64,000 nucleotides of DNA, taken from positions 295,662 through 359,661 of the forward strand of contig CABZIW010000001.1 of the NCBI GenBank assembly GCA_902526005.1, given 5' to 3'. Below, piece after piece: positions 10,250 to 21,708 of this stretch. Position 1 is the first letter of the stretch, and each line of letters starts with the position of its first letter. The translations under genes and the position numbers were made by a program. The stretch is from an uncultured Pelagibacteraceae bacterium. Lineage in GTDB: Bacteria; Pseudomonadota; Alphaproteobacteria; Pelagibacterales; AG-422-B15. Under the pieces are notes generated by a model. That model had not been told where the DNA came from. It saw only the letters and a list, made by a program, of their open reading frames with translations, and did not search any database.

Positions 10250-11212
10250 ATGACAAGTAAAAAAATATCACTTATAGGAGCTGGACAAATTGGAGGTACA
10301 CTTGCTCATTTAGCTGCCATGAAAGAGCTTGGAGATGTAGTTCTTTTTGATCTGATGTCTGGACTGGCAAAAGGTAAAGCTCTTGATATAGCGCAGTCCT
10401 CAGCCATAGATGGTTTTAATGTTTCCTTGTCTGGTACTGATAATTATGAGGATACAAGTGACTCTGATGTTATAATTATAACAGCTGGAGTTCCTCGAAA
10501 ACCAGGAATGACTAGAGACGACCTTTTGGGAACAAACTTAAAAATTATCAAGCAAGTAGCTGAAGGTATAAAATCAACTTCTCCTAATGCCTTCGTTATT
10601 TGTATTACAAATCCATTGGATGTAATCGTTATGGCTCTTCAAAAATATTCAGGACTTCCAAAAAATAAAGTTGTTGGTATGGCTGGAGTTTTAGATACTT
10701 CACGTTTTAAATATTTCTTATCACAAGAATTGAACGTTCCAATTAGCGAAGTAGACTCATTTGTTCTTGGTGGCCATGGTGATACAATGGTACCAGTTCC
10801 AAATAGAACTATGGTTAGTGGTGAAAACCTTACTGATTTAGTGAATAAAGGAAAAATTTCAAAGGCTAGGCTTGACGAGATTATTGATAGGACGAGAAAA
10901 GGTGGAGCCGAAGTTGTAAAGTTATTGGAAACCGGATCCGCTTTTTATGGGCCGGCAGCATCAGGAATTGAAATGGCCGACTCATATCTAAATGATAAGA
11001 AAAAAACGTTACCATGCGCAGCATATTTAAATGGTGAATACGGTGTTTCAGATTTATATGTTGGAGTTCCTGTTGTTATTGGCTCAGCTGGAATTGAAAA
11101 AGTTGTTGAACTTGATTTAGACGAAGAAGAAAAAAAATATTTTAAAACTTCAATCGAAGCAGTCAGTGAGCTATTTGAGGCTGCAAAAAATATTGATCCT
11201 TCACTTAAATAA
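10250..11212 (+). CDS. mdh: malate dehydrogenase (LDH-like type)
   Basis: 320 aa. [37 protein letters not shown]. Heads the mdh-sucCDAB-lpdA cluster. Confidence 0.95.
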   Translation: MTSKKISLIGAGQIGGTLAHLAAMKELGDVVLFDLMSGLAKGKALDIAQSSAIDGFNVSLSGTDNYEDTSDSDVIIITAGVPRKPGMTRDDLLGTNLKIIKQVAEGIKSTSPNAFVICITNPLDVIVMALQKYSGLPKNKVVGMAGVLDTSRFKYFLSQELNVPISEVDSFVLGGHGDTMVPVPNRTMVSGENLTDLVNKGKISKARLDEIIDRTRKGGAEVVKLLETGSAFYGPAASGIEMADSYLNDKKKTLPCAAYLNGEYGVSDLYVGVPVVIGSAGIEKVVELDLDEEEKKYFKTSIEAVSELFEAAKNIDPSLK

Positions 11213-12370
11213 ATGAATATACACGAACATCAAGCAAAGGAATTATTTGACGGTTATGATATACCTGTGTCCAAAGGAAGCGTCGCATATGAAAAAAGTC
11301 AGATAAATGAAGCAGTAGGAAAAGTTAAGGGTCCAATTTGGGTTGTTAAAGCGCAAATTCATGCAGGTGGCAGAGGTAAAGGTGGAGGTGTTAAAGTAGT
11401 TTCTTCAAAAGAAGAAGCTTTAAATGAGGCTGAAAAAATGTTTGGTATGAATTTAATAACGCCTCAAACAGGCCCAGCAGGAAAAGAAGTAAAACGTATC
11501 TACATTGAAAATGGGTCGGATATTAAAAAAGAGTTATACCTTTCTTGTTTATTAGACAGAGCGACAAGCAAAGTTGCCTTTATTGTATCTAAGATGGGAG
11601 GTATGGACATTGAAGCAGTTGCAAAAGATACCCCAGAAAATATAACAACAGTTCAAATAGAGCCTTCAATAGGTGTTACTGAAAATGATATAAATACAAT
11701 TAGTAAAGCTTTTGAACTCAAAAAAGATCTTGAGGGCCAACTTTCTGATCTTATAAAAAATATGTATAAATTTTTTTTAGAAAAAGATGCTAGTCTTGTT
11801 GAAGTTAATCCTTTGATTATAACTGAGACTGACAAACTATTGTGTCTCGATGCTAAAGTTAATTTTGATGATAATGCTTTATACCGCCATCCAGAAATTG
11901 AGGAATTAAGGGATGAGAATGAAGAGGATGAATATGAAAGAGAGGCATCAAAATATGATCTCGCATATATAAAATTGGATGGGAATATAGGCTGTATGGT
12001 CAATGGCGCAGGCTTGGCAATGGCTAGCTTAGATATTATTAAAATGTATGGTGGTGAGCCCGCCAACTTTCTTGATGTTGGTGGTGGAGCTTCTAAAGAA
12101 AAGGTTTCGAGTGCATTTAAAATTATTCTTTCTGATAAAGGTGTAAAAGGCATCTTAGTTAATATCTTTGGTGGAATCATGAGATGTGACATCATTGCTG
12201 AAGGAATTGTTGCTGCTGCAAAAGAATTAGAAATCTCTGTACCGCTTGTAGTTAGACTTGAAGGCACAAATGTTGATGAAGGTAAAAAAATTCTTGATAA
12301 TTCAAGTATCGAAATTATTTCTGCCAATGATTTAGATGATGCAGCAAAAAAAATAGTTAAGCTAGTCTAA
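11213..12370 (+). CDS. sucC: succinyl-CoA synthetase beta subunit
   Basis: 385 aa. [12 protein letters not shown] start, ATP-grasp region, [12 protein letters not shown]. Confidence 0.97.
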   Translation: MNIHEHQAKELFDGYDIPVSKGSVAYEKSQINEAVGKVKGPIWVVKAQIHAGGRGKGGGVKVVSSKEEALNEAEKMFGMNLITPQTGPAGKEVKRIYIENGSDIKKELYLSCLLDRATSKVAFIVSKMGGMDIEAVAKDTPENITTVQIEPSIGVTENDINTISKAFELKKDLEGQLSDLIKNMYKFFLEKDASLVEVNPLIITETDKLLCLDAKVNFDDNALYRHPEIEELRDENEEDEYEREASKYDLAYIKLDGNIGCMVNGAGLAMASLDIIKMYGGEPANFLDVGGGASKEKVSSAFKIILSDKGVKGILVNIFGGIMRCDIIAEGIVAAAKELEISVPLVVRLEGTNVDEGKKILDNSSIEIISANDLDDAAKKIVKLV

Positions 12371-13251
12371 TGTCAGTAATAGTTAACAAAGATACAAAAG
12401 TTATTTGCCAAGGTTTCACGGGATCACAAGGTACCTTTCATTCAGAACAGGCAATTAAATACGGTACTAACATGGTTGGTGGAGTTACTCCAAAAAAAGG
12501 AGGAACTGAGCACTTAGGGTTACCAGTATTTGATACAGTAAAAGAAGCTAAAGATAAAACGGAAGCAAATGCCACTGTAATTTATGTTCCTCCCCCATTT
12601 GCCGCAAAAGCAATTTTAGAAGCAATAGATAGTGAGATGGAGCTAATAGTTTGTATAACAGAGGGAATTCCTGTTATGGATATGCTAGAGGTCAAAGATA
12701 AATTAAGATCTTCCAAATCACGCCTCATTGGCCCCAATTGTCCGGGAGTCATAACTCCTGATGAGTGTAAGATTGGTATAATGCCAGCGCATATTCATCA
12801 AAAGGGAAACGTAGGAATTGTATCTAGGTCTGGAACACTAACTTATGAAGCAGTTTATCAAACAACAGTGGAAGGTCTTGGACAATCCACCTGTATTGGA
12901 ATAGGGGGCGATCCAGTGAATGGAACAAACTTTATTGATTGTTTGGAACTTTTCTTATCCGATCCGGAAACTGAATCGATAATCATGATTGGTGAAATTG
13001 GTGGTTCAGCTGAGGAAGAAGCAGCTGAATTTTTGAGAAAAGAAAAGGTAAAAAAGCCAACCGTTGGATTTATTGCAGGAACGTCAGCCCCTCCAGGAAG
13101 AAGAATGGGACACGCTGGAGCAATTGTATCTGGAGGGAAAGGTGGAGCAGAAGATAAAATTGAAGCCATGAAGAGTGCTGGGATTCAAATTTCAAATTCT
13201 CCAGCAGCTTTAGGATCAACTTTACTTGAGGTATTAAAGAATCAAAACTAA
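12370..13251 (+). CDS. sucD: succinyl-CoA synthetase alpha subunit
   Basis: 293 aa. [21 protein letters not shown], phosphohistidine loop GHAGAIV. The start overlaps the sucC stop. Confidence 0.97.
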   Translation: MSVIVNKDTKVICQGFTGSQGTFHSEQAIKYGTNMVGGVTPKKGGTEHLGLPVFDTVKEAKDKTEANATVIYVPPPFAAKAILEAIDSEMELIVCITEGIPVMDMLEVKDKLRSSKSRLIGPNCPGVITPDECKIGIMPAHIHQKGNVGIVSRSGTLTYEAVYQTTVEGLGQSTCIGIGGDPVNGTNFIDCLELFLSDPETESIIMIGEIGGSAEEEAAEFLRKEKVKKPTVGFIAGTSAPPGRRMGHAGAIVSGGKGGAEDKIEAMKSAGIQISNSPAALGSTLLEVLKNQN

Positions 13252-13265
13252 AATTAATTTGCTTA

Positions 13266-16226
13266 ATGACAAAGTCATCCATAAACGATATTTTTGATAA
13301 AACATCTTTCCTGCACGGTGCAAACGCAGTTTATATAGAACAAATGTTCGAAAGATTTCAAAATAATCCCGCTGACATTCCTAATGATTGGAGAACTTTT
13401 TTTTCTGGCATTACAGATAACTTAAATCAACAAAATATTCTTCGTGCTAGTTGGGCATCTCAAAATGTAGAAACCAATAGTGAAGAAGATACTTTAGAAA
13501 ATATTAATGAGAGTGAAATCAAAATAGAGTCCCAAATATTAAATAAAGATAACATTGTTACGAGTGAAGTATTTAAAGAACAGGTTTTTGACTCAATAAG
13601 GGCAATAAGACTTATCAGAGCTTATAGAGTTAATGGTCATCTTGCATCAAATCTGGATCCACTAAATTTAAAAGAAATTAAAACATATTCTGAACTTGAT
13701 TATAGAAATTATGGTTTCAAAGAAAATGACCTTGATAAAGAAATTTTTATTGACGGAAGTCTTGGTCTAAACTTTGCTAAACTCAGAAATATAATTGACA
13801 TACTTAAGGAAACTTATTGCGGATCTATAGGTGTTGAATTTGTTCATATTCAAGATGCTGATCAAAAGCAATGGGTTCAAGAAAGAATAGAGGAAGTTAG
13901 AAATAAAACACAGTTTACCACAAACGGTAAGAAAGCAATATTCAAACGTTTGCTTGAAGCTGAAATGTTCGAGCAATTCCTTGATAAAAAATTTATAGGC
14001 ACTAAAAGGTTTGGGCTCGTTGGCAGTGAGTCGACTGTTCCAGGCATTGAGCAAATAATTAAACAAAGTTGCTTAGCAGGAGTCGAGGACATATATATAG
14101 GAACCGCACATCGTGGGAGATTAACCCTTCTTTCATCTGTTATGGAAGTTCCCTTGCGATCAATTATGGCAAAATTTGAGGGTGGAGGAGAGGATCCCAA
14201 TGAAGTTTTAGGATCCGGGGACGTGAAGTACCATTTAGGGATTTCAAGTGATAGAGAGTTTGATGATAAAAAAATTCACCTTTCTTTGACGCCAAATCCA
14301 TCACATTTGGAGGCAGTGGATCCCGTAGTGATAGGAAAAGTTAGAGCTGAGCAAACATTGCTTCAAGATAAAACAAACGACAGAGTAATAGGACTATTAA
14401 TTCATGGTGATGCTGCAATGGCTGGGCAAGGTGTTGTTGCAGAAACTTTTGCGATGTCGCAATTACGGGGTTTTCGCACAGGAGGTACAATTCATTTTGT
14501 TATTAACAATCAAATAGGTTTCACCACAATGCCCCATTATGGTCGTTCAGCTCCATACTGTACCGAAATAGCAAAAATCATACAGGCGCCAATATTTCAT
14601 GTTAATGGAGATGATGTTGAAGCAGTCGTTCATGTATGTAGACTAGCAGTTGAATTTAGAAATAAATTTAAAACTGACGTTGTAGTAGATATGTTTTGTT
14701 ATCGTCGATCTGGCCATAATGAAATGGATTTACCAGAATTTACACAGCCGCTAATGTATCAAAAAATTAAATCTCACCCGTCTACTCTTAAAATTTATGA
14801 AAAAAAACTTATTGAAGAAGGTGTTTTAACTAATGATGATGTTGAAAATGAAAGATCAATTTACGCCAGTAAATTAAATGAAGAGTTAAAATTTGCAAAG
14901 TCGTATAAGCCAAATAAAGCTGACTGGCTTGAAGGTTCATGGAAAGGTATAACGGTAGCGTCAATCGATGCAAGAAGAGGTAAAACAGCTATTACTGAAA
15001 ATGAGCTTTTAAAAATTGGGGAAGAAATACATACCATTCCAGAAAACTTTAACCCGCATAGAAGAATAAAAAAAATTTATGATGATAGATTATCAAGTAT
15101 ACAAACAGGTAATGGAATTGATTGGGCAACTGCTGAGTCTCTTGCATTTGCTTCATTGCTATCAGAAGGTTATGGAGTAAGGCTTTCAGGTCAAGACTCG
15201 GGCAGAGGCACTTTTAGTCAAAGACATGCAGTTCTTTATGATCAAGTAAGCGAGAAAAGATTTGTACCATTGAGACATTTTAGAGAAAAACAAGGATTTT
15301 TTGAAATCATTGATAGTTTTTTATCTGAGTATGGTGTTTTGGGTTTCGAATATGGTTATTCACAAGTTGATCCAAGAACTCTAGTGCTTTGGGAGGGTCA
15401 ATTTGGTGACTTTGCAAACAATGCTCAGACAATAATTGACCAATTTATCACTACTGGTGAGAGAAAATGGTTAAGAATGTCAGGTCTGACATTGCTTTTG
15501 CCACACGGCCATGAAGGCCAGGGGCCTGAACACACAAGTGGAAGATTAGAGAGATTTTTACAAATGTGTGCCGAGGACAATATTCAAGTTGTTAATTGTA
15601 CTTCACCTGCAAATTATTTTCATGCTCTTAGAAGACAGCTTCATAGAGATTTCAGAAAACCACTGGTTATCATGACACCTAAATCTACATTAAGGCACAA
15701 AAAAAATACATCTAGCATTGAAGAATTTACAAATGGATCAACCTTTCATCGAATTTTAAGAAAAGAACTGACTTCAGATCAAAAATCAAAAGTAAATAGA
15801 TTGCTTTTATGTTCTGGAAAAATATATTTTGAGCTTGATGACCATCTTGAAAAATTAAAAAAAGATAATGTACACATTTTAAGATTTGATCAATTGTATC
15901 CATTTCCTTATGAAGTTTTAAAAGAAGAAGTGTTACAGTTTCCAAATGCTGAAATAATTTGGGTTCAAGAAGAGCCATCAAATATGGGAGCATTCAGATT
16001 TGTTAAACATCGTATTGAGTCAGTATTACAGGGAATAACAGGAAAATATAAAGAACTACTATTTATAGGTAGAAAGGCATCCGCATCTCCTGCTACTGGT
16101 ATAGCTAATCGTCATGCAGAAAACCAAGCCAATATTATAAAGCTGGCTGTAGAGAGCGATATAAATGAAATTAAAAAACACAAGGATGGCGTAACATTAG
16201 TTAAATTTAAACTGCCGATTGAATAA
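13266..16226 (+). CDS. sucA: 2-oxoglutarate dehydrogenase E1 component
   Basis: 986 aa. N-terminal FLHGANAVYIEQM, NPSHLEAVDPV, ThDP region HGDAAMAGQGVV. Confidence 0.97.
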   Translation: MTKSSINDIFDKTSFLHGANAVYIEQMFERFQNNPADIPNDWRTFFSGITDNLNQQNILRASWASQNVETNSEEDTLENINESEIKIESQILNKDNIVTSEVFKEQVFDSIRAIRLIRAYRVNGHLASNLDPLNLKEIKTYSELDYRNYGFKENDLDKEIFIDGSLGLNFAKLRNIIDILKETYCGSIGVEFVHIQDADQKQWVQERIEEVRNKTQFTTNGKKAIFKRLLEAEMFEQFLDKKFIGTKRFGLVGSESTVPGIEQIIKQSCLAGVEDIYIGTAHRGRLTLLSSVMEVPLRSIMAKFEGGGEDPNEVLGSGDVKYHLGISSDREFDDKKIHLSLTPNPSHLEAVDPVVIGKVRAEQTLLQDKTNDRVIGLLIHGDAAMAGQGVVAETFAMSQLRGFRTGGTIHFVINNQIGFTTMPHYGRSAPYCTEIAKIIQAPIFHVNGDDVEAVVHVCRLAVEFRNKFKTDVVVDMFCYRRSGHNEMDLPEFTQPLMYQKIKSHPSTLKIYEKKLIEEGVLTNDDVENERSIYASKLNEELKFAKSYKPNKADWLEGSWKGITVASIDARRGKTAITENELLKIGEEIHTIPENFNPHRRIKKIYDDRLSSIQTGNGIDWATAESLAFASLLSEGYGVRLSGQDSGRGTFSQRHAVLYDQVSEKRFVPLRHFREKQGFFEIIDSFLSEYGVLGFEYGYSQVDPRTLVLWEGQFGDFANNAQTIIDQFITTGERKWLRMSGLTLLLPHGHEGQGPEHTSGRLERFLQMCAEDNIQVVNCTSPANYFHALRRQLHRDFRKPLVIMTPKSTLRHKKNTSSIEEFTNGSTFHRILRKELTSDQKSKVNRLLLCSGKIYFELDDHLEKLKKDNVHILRFDQLYPFPYEVLKEEVLQFPNAEIIWVQEEPSNMGAFRFVKHRIESVLQGITGKYKELLFIGRKASASPATGIANRHAENQANIIKLAVESDINEIKKHKDGVTLVKFKLPIE

Positions 16227-16252
16227 TAATCTTAAAGTGTTAAATATAAAAT

Positions 16253-17491
16253 ATGTCTGTTGAAATCAAAGTTCCTTCTCTCGGAGAAAGTGTTGTAGAG
16301 GCAACGGTAGCAAAATGGTATAAAAATGAAGGTGACTCTGTATCCGTCGATGAACCACTGCTTGAGCTTGAAACAGATAAAGTAACTCTTGAAGTTCCTT
16401 CGCCATCAGATGGTTGTATACAAAAAATCAATGCAGAAGAAGGTTCAACTGTTGAAGTTGGTGCAATCTTAGGGTCTATTGATGAAAATGCATCTATAGA
16501 CCAAAAAGTTAAACAATCAGAACCAGTAATTGAAAAATCAGTTGCGACCCCAGAAAAAATTATTCCTGAGGAAGTAAAGTCTCCACCAAAAGAAGAGATG
16601 CCCATTCAAATTGATAATTTAAATAATCAAAAATTATCTCCTGCTGTAAGAAAAATTGCTGCTGAAAAGAATATAAATATTAATACTGTAACCTCTTCAA
16701 GAGAGGATGGTAGAATTACTAAATCTGATGTCATAAATTATCAAAACATAGAAAAACAAGAAAATACTCCTCAAACAATTAGACAAACCGATAAAAGAGA
16801 AGAACGAGTGCCCATGTCGCGTTTAAGGCAAACCATAGCGAAACGTCTAAAGGATGCTCAGAATAATGCGGCTATGCTCACAACATTTAATGAGGTTGAT
16901 ATGAGTGAGCTTATCAAGACACGTAATGATCATAAATCAGAATTTGAAAAAAAGTATGGCGTGAAATTAGGCTTCATGTCTTTTTTTGTGAAAGCATGTA
17001 TAACTGCGCTGAGAGATATTCCTGAAGTAAATGCAGAAATTGAAAACAGCGACGTCATTTATAAAAACTTTTACAATATTGGTGTTGCTGTTGGAACTGA
17101 TCAAGGCCTTGTCGTACCCGTTGTTAAAGACGCCGATAAAAAATCTCTTGTTGAAGTAGAAAAAGAAATTTATCAACTGGGACAGAAAGCTCGTTCTGGC
17201 CAATTAAGTATTGAAGATATGCAGGGTGGTACATTTACAATATCCAATGGTGGTGTTTATGGATCTCTAATGTCAACTCCAATATTAAATCCACCTCAAT
17301 CAGGAATATTGGGAATGCATAAAATAGAAGAAAGACCCATAGCTATTGATGGTGAAATAACAATTAGACCCATGATGTATCTTGCCCTTTCATACGATCA
17401 TAGAATAGTAGACGGTAAAGGAGCCGTAACTTTTTTAGTGAGAGTTAAAGAGGGTCTAGAGGATCCAAGTAGATTATTGTTAGGAGTTTAA
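16253..17491 (+). CDS. sucB: dihydrolipoamide succinyltransferase (E2 of the 2-oxoglutarate dehydrogenase complex)
   Basis: 412 aa. Lipoyl domain [13 protein letters not shown]3-binding [11 protein letters not shown], catalytic SYDHRIVDG. Confidence 0.95.
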   Translation: MSVEIKVPSLGESVVEATVAKWYKNEGDSVSVDEPLLELETDKVTLEVPSPSDGCIQKINAEEGSTVEVGAILGSIDENASIDQKVKQSEPVIEKSVATPEKIIPEEVKSPPKEEMPIQIDNLNNQKLSPAVRKIAAEKNININTVTSSREDGRITKSDVINYQNIEKQENTPQTIRQTDKREERVPMSRLRQTIAKRLKDAQNNAAMLTTFNEVDMSELIKTRNDHKSEFEKKYGVKLGFMSFFVKACITALRDIPEVNAEIENSDVIYKNFYNIGVAVGTDQGLVVPVVKDADKKSLVEVEKEIYQLGQKARSGQLSIEDMQGGTFTISNGGVYGSLMSTPILNPPQSGILGMHKIEERPIAIDGEITIRPMMYLALSYDHRIVDGKGAVTFLVRVKEGLEDPSRLLLGV

Positions 17492-17492
17492 T

Positions 17493-18884
17493 TTGGAACA
17501 ATTTGATATCACAGTGATTGGCAGCGGGCCTGCTGGTTATGTTTGCGCAATTAGGGCATCACAACTTGGATATAAAGTTTGTTGTATCGAAAAGGGGCAA
17601 ACGCTTGGCGGTACCTGCTTAAATATTGGATGTATTCCCTCAAAATCTCTATTGCATTCTTCTCATTTATTTCATCAAGCTTCAGAACTTAAACAATTAG
17701 GCATTAATTTTGATAACGTATCGTTTGATCTAAATAAAATAATGAAATCTAAAAATGAAAGCGTAGAGTCACTTACAAGTGGTATCGACTTTCTTTTTAA
17801 AAAAAATAAAGTTACAAGAAAATTGGGATTTGCGAAGTTTATTGACAATGAGCAAATTGAGATTTTAACTGGCGATAGTTCTGAGGTTATTAAATCATCT
17901 AAAACAATTATTGCTACAGGTTCAGAAGTTGTTTCACCTGAGGGAGTGGTCATTGATGAAATTGATATCTTATCATCCACTGGAGCTTTAAGTTTATCGT
18001 CTGTTCCAAAGCACTTAATGGTTATTGGTGCAGGTTACATTGGCCTGGAAATGGGATCTGTTTGGTCAAGACTAGGGTCAAAGGTAACGGTTATTGAATA
18101 TGCTGACCGAATACTTCCTGGAATGGACCAAGAAATTTCTGATGCTTTTCAAAAAATACTTATTAAACAAGGATTTGATTTTAAGCTTTCTACTGCTCTA
18201 AGAAAAGTAAATAAAAGCAATGGCTCGCTTTCTGTTTCGGTTGAAAACAATGGTCAAACTCTTGATATGGATTGTGACAAAGTTTTAATATCGACTGGTC
18301 GAAAATCTTACACTTTTGGTCTGAACTTAGAGAGGATAGGAGTAAAAACGAATGATAAAGGCTTTATTGAGACTAATCAGCATTTTAATACTTCTATTGA
18401 AAATATTTATGCAATCGGTGATTGTAAAGTAGGACCAATGCTTGCCCATAAAGCTTCAGAAGAAGGTACTGCTGTAGCTGAGATTATTGACGGTCAGGCT
18501 GGACACGTTAACTATAATACAATTCCATCGGTTATTTATACTGCCCCAGAAGTTGCATCAGTTGGAAAAACAGAGGAAGAATTAAAGAAAAACAACATCA
18601 CATACAAAATAGGTAAATTTCCGTTTTCAGCAAATGGTAAAGCTAAAGTGATGAATGAAACAAACGGGTTTGTGAAGATCTTATCTGATAAAAATACAGA
18701 TGAAGTATTAGGTGTTCATATCATTGGAGCAGACGCTGGCAACCTTATTGGCGAACTCACAATTGCAATGGAATTTGGCGCATCAGCTGAAGATATTGCA
18801 AGAACGTGTCACGCACATCCAACTCTAACAGAATCAATAAAAGAAGCTGCGTTAAACGTGGATAATCAAGCTATTCATATTTAG
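17493..18884 (+). CDS. lpdA: dihydrolipoyl dehydrogenase (E3)
   Basis: 463 aa. GSGPAGY, redox disulfide GGTCLNIGCIPSK, HAHPTLTE. TTG start lies 6 nt after an AGGAG (17482-17486). Confidence 0.93.
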   Translation: MEQFDITVIGSGPAGYVCAIRASQLGYKVCCIEKGQTLGGTCLNIGCIPSKSLLHSSHLFHQASELKQLGINFDNVSFDLNKIMKSKNESVESLTSGIDFLFKKNKVTRKLGFAKFIDNEQIEILTGDSSEVIKSSKTIIATGSEVVSPEGVVIDEIDILSSTGALSLSSVPKHLMVIGAGYIGLEMGSVWSRLGSKVTVIEYADRILPGMDQEISDAFQKILIKQGFDFKLSTALRKVNKSNGSLSVSVENNGQTLDMDCDKVLISTGRKSYTFGLNLERIGVKTNDKGFIETNQHFNTSIENIYAIGDCKVGPMLAHKASEEGTAVAEIIDGQAGHVNYNTIPSVIYTAPEVASVGKTEEELKKNNITYKIGKFPFSANGKAKVMNETNGFVKILSDKNTDEVLGVHIIGADAGNLIGELTIAMEFGASAEDIARTCHAHPTLTESIKEAALNVDNQAIHI

Positions 18885-19461
18885 CTTCCTTTTTTGTTAT
18901 TAATAAAGTCATCAAGTACAGCCAGACTGCTACAACTATATGATAAAAATGCCAGCTGAGATTTGGTTCAAACAGCTGAACCTGTCTAATAATAAAATTA
19001 ACCAGTATTATTGAAAAAATGAAGCTTGATACGAAACGAGAAGAAATTTTTTCTCTTGGTATCAAAAAAGAAAAAATTATTCCAAGAACAAGCCACATAA
19101 CAGCATACATAATGATTAAACTCTTTGCTTGAAAGAAAATATATATACTTATCAATGCCATTATCAGTGCAAAAATTAAAATTATCTTTTCATTAATGAA
19201 CTGACTTTTTTTAATTACGTCTATCGTGATGAGGGGAACTCCGAATAGGAGTGATAGAGCTGTGAACAATTGATGTGAAGACTTCAGCTCGGTATGCATG
19301 TTCAAGCCAAACCTAAGGGTTGCTAAAAAAGCTGCGACTGCCAGTACTAAAACTCCAGCAGCAGCAAAGTTTAGCTTATGTTGCAAAAAGACTCTTATTG
19401 AGTATGCACCAGCTATTACAATCAGTATTTCAGAAAGAGCAAAATGAGCTGGAGGTGTCAT
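18871..19461 (-). CDS. hypothetical polytopic membrane protein (about 6 hydrophobic helices)
   Basis: 196 aa, no family recognised. Its ATG overlaps the stop of the upstream hydroxylase gene (TAATG). Its 3' end overlaps the lpdA 3' end by 14 nt. Confidence 0.55.
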   Translation of the reverse strand: MTPPAHFALSEILIVIAGAYSIRVFLQHKLNFAAAGVLVLAVAAFLATLRFGLNMHTELKSSHQLFTALSLLFGVPLITIDVIKKSQFINEKIILIFALIMALISIYIFFQAKSLIIMYAVMWLVLGIIFSFLIPREKISSRFVSSFIFSIILVNFIIRQVQLFEPNLSWHFYHIVVAVWLYLMTLLITKKEAKYE

Positions 19462-20381
19462 TAATGACTTTTAATGGCCCTGTTATAGTCTTCTTTAATT
19501 TGAGTTGAAGTTTTTCGGGTTCCGTCATGCGACCATCCAGGAGGGCCGAAAAGATACATAAATCTATCTTTAAGCGAAATACCGCGCATTGAAATGTCTT
19601 TAAATATATTTGCATATTCTTCAAATAATATCCTAAGAGGATTCAAAGATGTCATCGGAACCACCAATCCATAGTCACAAGGTTCTTTTGGATCTTCAGC
19701 AACAAATGTTCCAAACATTCTATCCCAAACCATTAGTGTTCCAGCATAATTTGCATCAAGGTATTTCGGATTTCTTGCATGATGAACTCTGTGATGTGAA
19801 GGTGTGTTAAATAAATACTCATACCAGCGTGGTAACTTATATATAGTTTGAGTGTGGCATAAATATTGGTAGTAACCATTTATAAACACACAGAATAAAA
19901 CCATTACTGGATCAAAGCCAATGATTACAAGTGGTATTTTGAGCATTCGTGTTCCAGTGAAGTGTTTTGTAAATGGTTGTCTTGCACCCACATCGATGCC
20001 CATTCTTTCTGAAGAGTGGTGAGTTCGATGCAGCCCCCAGCCCCATCGCCATCGATGACAAATTCTGTGATGTAAATAAAAAGTTAAATCATCAAGTATG
20101 AAGCATAAAACTAAAGCGCTTAAAGTAAATGGGAATGTATAAATCTGAAATTCCTTAGCCCAAAATAGAGCTCCTAGTGTTATAAACGCAAATATTCCAT
20201 TAACAGGGTAACTTAAAACTCCCATGGACATATTTAATATCCATTCTTTAAAATCATTTTTACCTTTCAATTTAAAGAAATATATAGCTAATGTTTCTAC
20301 AACTGCTATTCCAATTAAAATTGGTACCAATAACCAAAAAAGCTCTAGTGCGGAATATTGGAACAAAAAATCAACTGACAT
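19461..20381 (-). CDS. fatty acid hydroxylase / sterol desaturase superfamily membrane di-iron oxygenase
   Basis: 306 aa. Histidine boxes HHRICH, HRTHH and HHRVHH, plus several TM helices. Confidence 0.8.
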   Translation of the reverse strand: MSVDFLFQYSALELFWLLVPILIGIAVVETLAIYFFKLKGKNDFKEWILNMSMGVLSYPVNGIFAFITLGALFWAKEFQIYTFPFTLSALVLCFILDDLTFYLHHRICHRWRWGWGLHRTHHSSERMGIDVGARQPFTKHFTGTRMLKIPLVIIGFDPVMVLFCVFINGYYQYLCHTQTIYKLPRWYEYLFNTPSHHRVHHARNPKYLDANYAGTLMVWDRMFGTFVAEDPKEPCDYGLVVPMTSLNPLRILFEEYANIFKDISMRGISLKDRFMYLFGPPGWSHDGTRKTSTQIKEDYNRAIKSH

Positions 20382-20766
20382 TTTTAAAACTCTCTAACAT
20401 GTTACCCATCATCTTGTGTATTATATTAACACCCTGGAGTGGTCTGATAAATACTTTAAATTCAGTAATAAGTCCAGCTTCATTCCATGTGATGAGGTCG
20501 ATACCATTAATATCAGTATCTTCAATAGTCAAAGTAAATTCAAGGCAGGCATTTGTTTTTCCAATTATTTCTTTATGATATTTAAAATTCGATGCATTAA
20601 ATACTTCTGATGCAGCCATTAAATATTTTAATGTGATATCTTTTCCTCGCTGAGGTGTGTACACAACTGGAGAATAAAAAATAACATGCTCATCTAATAT
20701 TTCTGTCAGAGCATTATAGTCTCGAAGATTAACAACATCATGCCATCTTGATATTGGGTTTTGCAT
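20371..20766 (-). CDS. NTF2/SnoaL-like fold small protein
   Basis: 131 aa. Size and N-terminal pattern (W-x-DVV-x-RD...L-x-ILDEHVIFYSPVV) resemble the NTF2-like family. The 3' end overlaps the hydroxylase start by 11 nt. This is a weak family call. Confidence 0.5.
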   Translation of the reverse strand: MQNPISRWHDVVNLRDYNALTEILDEHVIFYSPVVYTPQRGKDITLKYLMAASEVFNASNFKYHKEIIGKTNACLEFTLTIEDTDINGIDLITWNEAGLITEFKVFIRPLQGVNIIHKMMGNMLESFKNVS

Positions 20767-20787
20767 ATATATTAATATATAATTTAT

Positions 20788-21705
20788 TTATTTCTTAGCA
20801 AGCGGATGGGTTTTTGAATATGCTTCATATAGTCGCTCAGTCTCAACTTTGGTATATCTTTGGGTTGTGGAAAGACTGCTATGTCCTAATAATTCCTGAA
20901 TTGTTCTTAAGTCACCACCTGAGTCCAGTAAATGTGTAGCAAAACTATGTCTCAACGCATGAGGGGTTGCAGTTTCAGGTAAAGACAAATTATGTCTAAT
21001 TTTTTCCAAAGTATATTGAATAATTCTCGGACTAAGACGGTTCATTCTTTTACCTAAAAAAAGTGGGTCACCGTTATCAAAATCTTTTGGACACTCTTTT
21101 ATATATTCTTTTATTTCGTGCTTAATAAATTCCATTAAAGGCACGAGTCTTTCTTTGTTACCTTTTCCTCTAATAACCAGATATTCATTTTCATTAATAT
21201 CATCATAATTTAAATTTAATGCCTCAGATATTCTCAATCCACATCCATATAGAAGCATAAGGATTGACTTATTACGTAATCCTACCCATTTCTCTTTTTC
21301 AATTTCTTGTGAATATTTAATAGCTTCAATTGCAAGATCAGCTGAAATTGGTCTGGGTAAAGACTTTTTTGTTTTCGGAGATTTTAAAGATTGTATTGTA
21401 CTATTTTTTATTTTTTCACTCTTTACTAAGAAATTAAAAAAAGATTTTAATGATGATATCACTCGTGCAATTGATGTAGTTCCAATGCCTTGATTTCTTA
21501 GAAAGGATAAGAAACTTCTGAAGTCAGAAATTTGCATATTATCAAGATCACTTATTGATAAGCTCCCCCCAAAATGATCCTTTGAAAAAATTAAAAATTT
21601 TTCAACGTCATTTTTGTAGCTTATAAGGGTGTTGTCACTTAAGTTTCTAACTTTCCGTAAATTCTCAATCCAATCGTGAAAGCATTCTTTAACTTGATTA
21701 TTCAC
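20788..21705 (-). CDS. xerC: tyrosine site-specific recombinase, XerC/XerD type
   Basis: 305 aa. C-terminal HALRHSFATHLLDSGGDLRTIQELLGHSSLSTTQRYTKV with catalytic R..HxxR..Y. The XerC versus XerD assignment is uncertain. Confidence 0.78.
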   Translation of the reverse strand: MNNQVKECFHDWIENLRKVRNLSDNTLISYKNDVEKFLIFSKDHFGGSLSISDLDNMQISDFRSFLSFLRNQGIGTTSIARVISSLKSFFNFLVKSEKIKNSTIQSLKSPKTKKSLPRPISADLAIEAIKYSQEIEKEKWVGLRNKSILMLLYGCGLRISEALNLNYDDINENEYLVIRGKGNKERLVPLMEFIKHEIKEYIKECPKDFDNGDPLFLGKRMNRLSPRIIQYTLEKIRHNLSLPETATPHALRHSFATHLLDSGGDLRTIQELLGHSSLSTTQRYTKVETERLYEAYSKTHPLAKK

Positions 21706-21708
21706 ACA

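Noticed and set aside
11653-12327. Long antisense ORFs inside conserved genes: 224 aa opposite sucC. Also 16240-16605 opposite sucB, 25203-25613 opposite atpA, 2010-2414, 9042-9392, 12858-13169, 13877-14200, 35070-35432, 33244-33594 and 34062-34415.
   Set aside because: Each lies wholly within, and opposite to, a gene with unmistakable conserved motifs. The translations are low-complexity Ser/Pro/Ile/Leu-rich strings with no motifs. This is typical shadow-frame behaviour of codon-periodic genes. There is no independent start context.
20788-21705. The tyrosine recombinase as a phage or island integrase marking a mobile element.
   Set aside because: The C-terminal catalytic region matches chromosomal XerC/XerD dimer-resolution recombinases. 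It is flanked by housekeeping genes (tal, priA side; lipid-oxygenase trio) with 3-21 nt spacers. I saw no flanking direct repeats or phage genes.
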